A stretch of DNA of 15,899 nucleotides from a virus (lineage: Duplodnaviria; Heunggongvirae; Uroviricota; Caudoviricetes): IMG/VR virus record IMGVR_UViG_3300020050_014748, one strand, 5' to 3'. The position numbers and the translations under genes are program-made. The stretch's first letter is position 1, and the number at the start of each line of letters is the position of its first letter. Below are positions 1 through 5,722 of this stretch, in pieces. Under the pieces are notes generated by a model. That model searched no databases. It saw nothing but the letters and a program-made list of their open reading frames with translations, and was not told where the DNA came from.

Positions 1-360
1 AAATGTATTTGTCCATGCACTTTGCCATGTAACAACTTCGTTTTTTGTAACACCGTTGAACACACATTCACATGAAAACACAGCATCTACAACCTTGAAA
101 ACAGCATATGCATTCGCATTTATCTGAAAAAATCCAAATGTTCTAACATCACCAGATGTTGGTGCTGCTGGAACCTTAACTTTCATTGTCTGATCTGCTC
201 GATATAGATCTGCATAACCTATGATCTTTGCTGCATTAAGACGAATAGCCCCACCAGATACGGTAGGACTACCAGAAACAGTCTTGAACAGGTTAGTGTC
301 ATAGCCTTGTCTAGTAGGATCGTAATAGAATTTAACTCTCGAATTTGTAATTGTTGACAT
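1..360 (-). CDS. Partial (3'-truncated by window edge) hypothetical protein, probably virion structural; beta-rich
   Basis: Not in the ORF track. Manual translation from ATG at 360 is open for 120 codons to the edge: MSTITNSRVKFYYDPTRQGYDTNLFKTVSGSPTVSGGAIRLNAAKIIGYADLYRADQTMKVKVPAAPTSGDVRTFGFFQINANAYAVFKVVDAVFSCECVFNGVTKNEVVTWQSAWTNTF. Structural role inferred from position only. Confidence 0.8.
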   Translation of the reverse strand, partial: MSTITNSRVKFYYDPTRQGYDTNLFKTVSGSPTVSGGAIRLNAAKIIGYADLYRADQTMKVKVPAAPTSGDVRTFGFFQINANAYAVFKVVDAVFSCECVFNGVTKNEVVTWQSAWTNTF

Positions 361-371
361 AATTTTTTATT

Positions 372-403
372 ACTCCCCTATAGACTAATTAGGCAGCGGG
401 AGT
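372..403 (-). other. Bulged intergenic stem-loop covering a GGGGAG sequence
   Basis: Sense strand ACTCC-cgctg-CCTA-attagtcta-TAGG-GGAGT, directly after the TAG of the 186-aa gene; followed by A-rich, not U-rich, sequence. Confidence 0.4.
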
Positions 404-964
404 CTACTGTTCTTCCTTCGTATCTTCTATTTTAACATTAGTCTCCTCTTTTGAGGCCCTTTTGTTTTTAATAGGTGATACATCTTTAGTTTTTACTTCA
501 GATTTTTCTTCTGTTGCATCTTCTTCTATTTTAGAATTCTGATGTTCAGAGATTAAACCTTTCATTGCTTCTTCAAGCATTGATGGCAACATCTTTTTAG
601 CCATTTCCATAGCCTCATCCTGTAAAGCCTTTCTTATTTCTGGGCTAAGTTTCACTGGGTTTTTATTACCCATTGATTTTTCAACGTGACCATAATTTAT
701 TTCTTGGATAACGTGAGCAGGCTCAGATTCGTTTCTCAAGTACATAAATGGATCAGCTTCTGAATCTTCAACTGAAATATAGTCTACATTATAAGCTGGA
801 TGTTTTTTAAGCATATCAATGATAGCTTCATCCTTTACTTCCAAAATTCCATATTGAAATTTTGCTGAAACACCACTTACTGGTGCTGTTCCTGTTAAAT
901 GATTACCTGGAAAACTTGGTTTCAAGATAACCGTAAGATTTTGTTGTTTTGATACGAAACGCAT
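404..964 (-). CDS. Hypothetical phage protein (186 aa) in the head module, with a charged low-complexity C-terminal tail
   Basis: ORF track; ATG with AT-rich leader; co-oriented two genes downstream of the major capsid gene; no family recognised. Confidence 0.8.
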   Translation of the reverse strand: MRFVSKQQNLTVILKPSFPGNHLTGTAPVSGVSAKFQYGILEVKDEAIIDMLKKHPAYNVDYISVEDSEADPFMYLRNESEPAHVIQEINYGHVEKSMGNKNPVKLSPEIRKALQDEAMEMAKKMLPSMLEEAMKGLISEHQNSKIEEDATEEKSEVKTKDVSPIKNKRASKEETNVKIEDTKEEQ

Positions 965-987
965 ATATTTTATTCATAATTAATTTT
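962..987 (-). repeat. 26-nt exact repeat, copy 1 (leader plus start codon AAAATTAATTATGAATAAAATATATG)
   Basis: + strand catatattttattcataattaatttt at 962-987 is identical to 3977-4002. Confidence 0.9.
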
Positions 988-993
988 AATAAT

Positions 994-1048
994 GTTCCAA
1001 CCCTATCAGAGTGCCCAGATTTCTCTAGGAACTCTGTAAGGTAAGAAC
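994..1048 (-). other. Long imperfect intergenic hairpin capped by a GAAA tetraloop
   Basis: Sense strand GTTC..CCTTA-CAGAGT-t-CCTAGA-GAAA-TCTGGG-c-ACTCTG-a-TAGGG..GAAC; no U-tract follows. Confidence 0.7.
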
Positions 1049-1057
1049 TGAGTATTA

Positions 1058-1762
1058 CTACTCAATAACACCTACAACACGAACGAAGTTACCAGCAGCA
1101 TCTGCAAGAGTAGCAGCATCCTTAACGAGAACGATAAATTCGTCTTCGTTTGCACCAGTAATTTTACCTACACCTGAAGCGAAAGTAAGAGTTGTTTCTG
1201 TTGTGTCAACAGAAAGAGCACCGAAGACTTGAGTCTCAACAGTACCACGTCTTTGCCAGATCTGGAAACTGTTAGCAGCTGCTGTACCCATGTTTACTGA
1301 GTAAACAACTTGCTGGAGATGAACTCTGTGACCATTTGGAGTGTCAAAGTTTCTGTGAGCAGAAAGTGAAACTGCAATTTGGAGAGAAGCAGAAGTATCC
1401 TGCTTAACATCCCAAATAACAATTCCATTAGCATCAGTTCCAGATGTGATTGCACCGTCTACAAGAGTAGATGCTGAAGCGAGTGAACGAAGAGCATCAA
1501 GAACTTTTGCTTCGAAGATACCATCAGCGTTGATTGCATCTGCAAGAGTTCCAATTGTAGTGTATGTTGCGAAAGCGTAAGTATCTGTACCGCCATCTGA
1601 TGTTACCATCACGATGTTTGTAGCAGTAGTAACAGTAACAGAAGTTACTGAACCTGTACTTACCTTTCTAAGTCTGATTGCTACAGGAGCATCTGTTCCA
1701 GCCTGGAGTGTTGTCCCAGCGGCAAGAACTGCTCGTGTATTTAATGAATCTAATGAAGCCAT
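1058..1762 (-). CDS. Probable capsid decoration or minor capsid protein (234 aa)
   Basis: Immediately downstream of the major capsid gene; Ala/Thr/Ser/Val/Gly-rich, beta-strand-like composition; tandem TAG TAA stops. Function inferred from position and composition. Confidence 0.6.
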   Translation of the reverse strand: MASLDSLNTRAVLAAGTTLQAGTDAPVAIRLRKVSTGSVTSVTVTTATNIVMVTSDGGTDTYAFATYTTIGTLADAINADGIFEAKVLDALRSLASASTLVDGAITSGTDANGIVIWDVKQDTSASLQIAVSLSAHRNFDTPNGHRVHLQQVVYSVNMGTAAANSFQIWQRRGTVETQVFGALSVDTTETTLTFASGVGKITGANEDEFIVLVKDAATLADAAGNFVRVVGVIE

Positions 1763-1804
1763 AATGTTTTAATTTTAACTTGACTAATAACCCCTAGTCT
1801 TAAT

Positions 1805-1875
1805 GGGGATGGAGGTCGGTGGGAGATAATTTCTTATCTCCCCCTCCATACCCTCTTGATTTTAAATCCCAAGAG
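1805..1875 (-). other. Tandem GC-rich intergenic hairpins after the capsid gene, one with a GAAA tetraloop
   Basis: Sense strand CTCTTG-gg-ATTT-a-AAAT-CAAGAG (1853-1875), then ATGGAGG-GGGAGATAA-GAAA-TTATCTCCC-accga-CCTCCAT (1809-1849); no U-tract follows. Confidence 0.75.
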
Positions 1876-1893
1876 AATGTAGGATTTTAGAGG

Positions 1894-3168
1894 CTAGGCA
1901 GTAACCCCCTTGATCAATGAATGCTTAGAAGCTTGTGCTCTTTGGAGACCTACTTCTGAGATGTATTGATCAATCTGACCGTCAGCGTCTGGGCTTTGTA
2001 TGTTTGTTTCAAGCTTTGTATCGCGGTTGTTCATGAAACGGTAAGCGAAGCAATCCATATCCATCAAGAATGCATAACCTGCGTAATCTTCAACGAACAA
2101 TGGGTTGTGAACAATGTTTATAGAACCGAATGCTGTAACCCACTTGTTGATTTTCATACCATAAGTTGATTCAACTGGTTGCATAAGTATTTGACCACGT
2201 GCAATTTCGTTAATAGCTTGAAGAACTACACCACCAGTGAAAAGCATCTTTGTGTCATCACCGTAAGTGAAACCTTCACGTAGGAAAGTGTTAAAATCAG
2301 TAGCTGTCAAAGGACCTCCTTGGTTTTGAACGTAAGAATTACCTTGTTCAATAAATTCAAGAACTCCACCAGTTGCTCTGCGAGGGTGTCCTTGTGTTCC
2401 ACCTGTATCAGAGGCTTTTTGACCCCACCAGAATGCTCTTTCGATATCAAGGGCATGTTCTGTCCCTTTCTTAGCTCTTTGGTAAGGAAGATCTTTTCCA
2501 CCGTAAAGATTTGCTTCTTTTTCAGTGTTTGAAACAGCGATTGTTGTCTTAAAGATCTGTGTGTAGTTTGTAACTGGAGTTGATTGTGTAGCGTTTACAT
2601 TACGAGCACCTGAGTTTTCCTCATTAGCATTACCGATAATGTAAAGACCATCACCAACAGCTGGAGTTGCAGCCGCAGTAGAACCAAAAGCACGTCCACC
2701 TGATGCAACTGTAATAGTTGTAGATGAGCCGATTGTAGCAACAATCATGTTTTCGTTTGTTCTTGCGTTTTTAATAACATCACCAACAGTGAAAATGTAA
2801 GCAGAAGATGAACCAGCACCTGTAACACCGAGTGTCAAAGCACCAGTTGTACCTGTAACAGCAGAAATACGTGAGTATCTACCACCGTAGAAATCTTCAA
2901 ACCACTTAAATTCAGGATTTCCTGTAGGCTTCTTAAGAATACCTGCTCCTTTCCAAGCTTTTCCATCGTAAACCTTTCCTACGTTTGTAAGAAGAGTTAC
3001 GAGAGGGTGCTTATTAGGTTCAAGAAGGAAAATCTTATCTTGTGCATCAACGATCATTCTTCCTTCAGCAACTGAAGTAGCTGTATCTCGTGCACCATTT
3101 CCTGATGTGTTTGTAACCGGACCCTGTGTGTGGGTTGGTTCGTTGTAATATGGGTAAACGTTAGGCAT
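1894..3168 (-). CDS. Major capsid protein, HK97 fold, SU10/DUF5309-like with insertion domain (424 aa)
   Basis: Motifs recognised as typical of this family: KWFED, NYTQIFKTTIAVSNTE, DIERAFWWG, RATGGVLEFI. Directly follows the scaffold gene; a Gly/Thr-rich beta insertion lies at about aa 97-185. Confidence 0.9.
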   Translation of the reverse strand: MPNVYPYYNEPTHTQGPVTNTSGNGARDTATSVAEGRMIVDAQDKIFLLEPNKHPLVTLLTNVGKVYDGKAWKGAGILKKPTGNPEFKWFEDFYGGRYSRISAVTGTTGALTLGVTGAGSSSAYIFTVGDVIKNARTNENMIVATIGSSTTITVASGGRAFGSTAAATPAVGDGLYIIGNANEENSGARNVNATQSTPVTNYTQIFKTTIAVSNTEKEANLYGGKDLPYQRAKKGTEHALDIERAFWWGQKASDTGGTQGHPRRATGGVLEFIEQGNSYVQNQGGPLTATDFNTFLREGFTYGDDTKMLFTGGVVLQAINEIARGQILMQPVESTYGMKINKWVTAFGSINIVHNPLFVEDYAGYAFLMDMDCFAYRFMNNRDTKLETNIQSPDADGQIDQYISEVGLQRAQASKHSLIKGVTA

Positions 3169-3214
3169 ATATAATTATTTTTAAATTTTAAACTTTTAAG
3201 GGACTTTTTTTGTC

Positions 3215-3979
3215 TTAGAAGTGATTAGCGCTTGCCTTACTCGCGATAAGCGAATCAACAACTCTTTCAGCTTCCCCACCAGAGTAAGTCACTCTGCTGT
3301 TCCCTCCTCCAGCATTTAAAATCAAGTTCTTTTCGTACTCAGCTTGATCTATAGCCGCTCGGTCTCTTGCTTCTTTCTCAGAAAGTTCACCTTTGACTGC
3401 ATAGTATGCAACTCGAATGTCAGTGACATCGTGTTCTTCTAGCCATTGGTTTACATCTTCAGCGTATTTAGCAAAATCAGGTGTATTTGTTATGAAATCT
3501 GAAACATTTGTTTCGAAACTTCTTAATTCTTCGTCTTCCTTTATCTTTTTCATAAATTCTCCACGAATTTCAGAAACTTTTTCATCAACAAGCTTTGCAA
3601 TATCATCAGCAGAAGTTTTGTCATACTTTTTCTCACCAAGTTCTTTTTGAACTGAAGTGTGAGCTTCTGTAATAACCTTAGCTTCGCCAATAGTGATATT
3701 TCCATCAATAACGGCCTTAGTTAGGTCTTTATCAATCTTACCATCTAAGATAGCTTGAACAAGTTCTGGGTTACTATCGAGTTTCTCGAATAGTGGTGCC
3801 ATATCTGACATGAATTTTCTCAATTCTCCCAATTCTTCTCCTTGTCTACCTACTACTTTCTCTAAGTTTTCTTTCTGTGCTAGATCCACAGCTGAGCTAC
3901 CCGAATTCACGGACTCATTTCCTTCTGGTCTACCCGGTGTTCCGGAACCGTTGTTGTAATCAAAATTATTAACTGACAT
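3215..3979 (-). CDS. Capsid scaffolding protein (254 aa)
   Basis: Acidic and helical; contains LEKVVGRQGEELGELRK, a motif typical of podovirus-like scaffolds; directly upstream of the major capsid gene. Confidence 0.8.
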   Translation of the reverse strand: MSVNNFDYNNGSGTPGRPEGNESVNSGSSAVDLAQKENLEKVVGRQGEELGELRKFMSDMAPLFEKLDSNPELVQAILDGKIDKDLTKAVIDGNITIGEAKVITEAHTSVQKELGEKKYDKTSADDIAKLVDEKVSEIRGEFMKKIKEDEELRSFETNVSDFITNTPDFAKYAEDVNQWLEEHDVTDIRVAYYAVKGELSEKEARDRAAIDQAEYEKNLILNAGGGNSRVTYSGGEAERVVDSLIASKASANHF

Positions 3980-4002
3980 ATATTTTATTCATAATTAATT
4001 TT
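3977..4002 (-). repeat. 26-nt exact repeat, copy 2 (leader plus start codon of scaffold gene)
   Basis: Identical to 962-987; similarity continues as aata after a one-base gap. Confidence 0.9.
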
Positions 4003-4012
4003 TAATAGAAAC

Positions 4013-4156
4013 TTAACACTTTTTCATTTTAGAGGAAATCACTTTCTTGATGATACCTTTCTTCTTTTTAGAGAATCCAGCATCAACCTTTAATCTCCCT
4101 TCTTCCTTTGACTGTTCGGTTGTCCTTGGTCCGTGGATTTGTTCAGTATTTTCCAT
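4013..4156 (-). CDS. Small protein with basic C-terminus (47 aa: MENTEQIHGPRTTEQSKEEGRLKVDAGFSKKKKGIIKKVISSKMKKC)
   Basis: ATG at 4156 sits 7 nt after the stop of the 59-aa gene. The track's GTG start at 4216 would overlap that gene and is less likely. Confidence 0.6.
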   Translation of the reverse strand: MENTEQIHGPRTTEQSKEEGRLKVDAGFSKKKKGIIKKVISSKMKKC

Positions 4157-4163
4157 AAACAGT

Positions 4164-4343
4164 TTACTTATTAAGCTTACTAGACAAATTCTTGTACTTT
4201 GACATACCCATTCCACCGATCATTTCTGACCCTGGAGTACCTGGCATGTTCATGTCTGCAACCTTACCAAGACCTGATTTACCTTTTCCAGCCTTTTTAA
4301 CAGCCTTCATGAGCACATTCTTTTTTAAATTCTTATCAATCAT
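4164..4343 (-). CDS. Small basic Lys/Gly/Met-rich protein (59 aa: MIDKNLKKNVLMKAVKKAGKGKSGLGKVADMNMPGTPGSEMIGGMGMSKYKNLSSKLNK)
   Basis: Absent from the ORF track, probably because of its length. Manual translation gives ATG at 4343 with AT-rich leader (aaacaattATG) to TAA at 4164; fills an otherwise empty gap; 13 Lys. Confidence 0.75.
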   Translation of the reverse strand: MIDKNLKKNVLMKAVKKAGKGKSGLGKVADMNMPGTPGSEMIGGMGMSKYKNLSSKLNK

Positions 4344-4416
4344 AATTGTTTAAAATAATTCTTTTAAATACGACCATAAATCCACGAAAACGTGACAACT
4401 TCTTTATACAAGTATA

Positions 4417-4430
4417 ATTATACTATAAGT
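4417..4430 (-). promoter_or_regulatory. Putative promoter motif ACTTATAGTATAAT upstream of the small-protein/scaffold/capsid block; overlaps perfect palindrome AGTATAATTATACT (4411-4424)
   Basis: Consensus TATAAT -10 box; 11/14 identity to the motif at 7918-7931; lies in the 95-nt gap before the ATG at 4343. Confidence 0.55.
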
Positions 4431-4438
4431 ACTACAGA

Positions 4439-4828
4439 TTACCAGTTATTTGGATTAAAATCTCCTTCATCGTCAACAGGAGGAGTTGAATCATCATTTT
4501 TTGCCTGAATAGCAGCTTCTTCTTTTTTGATAGATTCTTTTATTTTATCAACAGCACTATGTATATCCATCAATCCACTTAATATACCTTGAGCTCTTGC
4601 TAATGATGTACCTTCTTTTATTGGATCAAGCGTACAGAGAGTACTTTGAGCAATAAGCATTCTATCTTGAACATATTTTGTAAGCGCAACCCAGTAATGT
4701 GTTTCTTCAAGTTCTTTTATAATCTGAACCATCTCTTGGTTTGTCATTTTATTAACAGAATCATTCAATTCCTTTTTAAAATATGTTTCAACGTACTTTT
4801 TGTTTTCAAATTCTTTATTTTTATTCAT
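4439..4828 (-). CDS. Small helical head-module protein (129 aa), resembling the small proteins often found after portal genes (Bbp19-like)
   Basis: ARAQGILSGLMDI segment and position between portal and scaffold; family call is tentative. Confidence 0.55.
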   Translation of the reverse strand: MNKNKEFENKKYVETYFKKELNDSVNKMTNQEMVQIIKELEETHYWVALTKYVQDRMLIAQSTLCTLDPIKEGTSLARAQGILSGLMDIHSAVDKIKESIKKEEAAIQAKNDDSTPPVDDEGDFNPNNW

Positions 4829-4849
4829 ATTATATATATTATTTATTAA

Positions 4850-5293
4850 TTATCCAATATTATTTACTTTATTATATGCATCTTCTGGATCCATACCATC
4901 GTTTATTAAATTATTTATAGCATCCTGTTTATATCCATCTTGTTTTTTACTTTCCAACTCAAGATCTTTTTTATATGCCTTAAATGGATTAAGTGAGATA
5001 TTTTTTATCTTACTTTTAAGTGTCTTCATTTTATCTGACTTAGCAATATCTTTAATTGTATCAACAGACTTACTTAGACCCATAGCCCCTGGAAACATTA
5101 CCGTTGCTGCACTTTTCATAACCTTACCTGCAACATTAGGGAATCTTGATGGTGAAGTCGAGTCTTTGACTGCCTTTTCAACATTAGATGTTTTCTTTTT
5201 TAATTCTTCCATACCAGCGAAATCTTTTTTCATTTCTGTTTTTGGTATTTTCTTAAGTGATTTCTTAAGAATATCTTTTTTTTGATTATCCAT
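4850..5293 (-). CDS. Lys-rich hypothetical protein (147 aa)
   Basis: ORF track; 31 Lys counted; co-oriented and tightly packed; N-terminal KKDILKKSL motif. Confidence 0.75.
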   Translation of the reverse strand: MDNQKKDILKKSLKKIPKTEMKKDFAGMEELKKKTSNVEKAVKDSTSPSRFPNVAGKVMKSAATVMFPGAMGLSKSVDTIKDIAKSDKMKTLKSKIKNISLNPFKAYKKDLELESKKQDGYKQDAINNLINDGMDPEDAYNKVNNIG

Positions 5294-5312
5294 AACTTAG
5301 TTAATTATATTA

Positions 5313-5702
5313 TTAATGTAATGTCTTTAAATACTTGTACTTATAAACTGATTGTAATATTTCATCTCTTATATTCAACAAAGAAGAATCATAAACATCC
5401 ATACACTTCAAGCAATCTATTATAACATCTGGATCCATACATGACTCTATCTCTTTTTCAAACACAGGTCTTTTCCCGTCATTGAAACCGATAAATGCTT
5501 CTACAAATGTATCTAGTAGACCATCTATTGAATCTTGAATTTCCCTTGTTGCTTTATGTAAAGCAAAATCTGTTGTCTCCCAGTGCGTTAATCTTAACCC
5601 AAGACTAAAACCTTGCATTTTTTGCACAAAATATGGCAAGGAAAACTTATCTCCATATATTGCCTTCTGTATTATATTTTTTTTCTTGAAATCTTCTGAC
5701 AT
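5313..5702 (-). CDS. Dps/ferritin-like protein, phage DUF5856 type (129 aa)
   Basis: THWETTDFALHKATREIQDSIDGLLDTFVEAF keeps the HW, second His and D-x3-E ligands (His to Asp spacing of 15, as in Dps); C-terminal NIRDEIL..YKYLKTL resembles DUF5856. Confidence 0.8.
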   Translation of the reverse strand: MSEDFKKKNIIQKAIYGDKFSLPYFVQKMQGFSLGLRLTHWETTDFALHKATREIQDSIDGLLDTFVEAFIGFNDGKRPVFEKEIESCMDPDVIIDCLKCMDVYDSSLLNIRDEILQSVYKYKYLKTLH

Positions 5703-5722
5703 AAATATTTTTTAATTATTAA

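Noticed and set aside
372-1875. Calling the intergenic hairpins Rho-independent terminators
   Set aside because: No U-tract follows them in the direction of transcription.
1763-1915. Possible frameshift or TAG readthrough extending the major capsid protein (AAG GGG GTT near the end)
   Set aside because: The -1, +1 and readthrough frames all hit TAA within the spacer, so no fusion to the decoration gene is possible, and there is no canonical slippery heptamer.
2307-2501. 64-aa minus-strand ORF inside the capsid gene, and the similar 61-aa ORF at 12288-12473
   Set aside because: Alternative-frame ORFs nested in long conserved genes, with no motif or initiation signal.
4157-4216. Extended starts in the ORF track (4216, 10499, 15526, 15686)
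   Set aside because: They create long overlaps with upstream genes and mostly use GTG/TTG; downstream ATGs fit the local leader or coupling pattern better.
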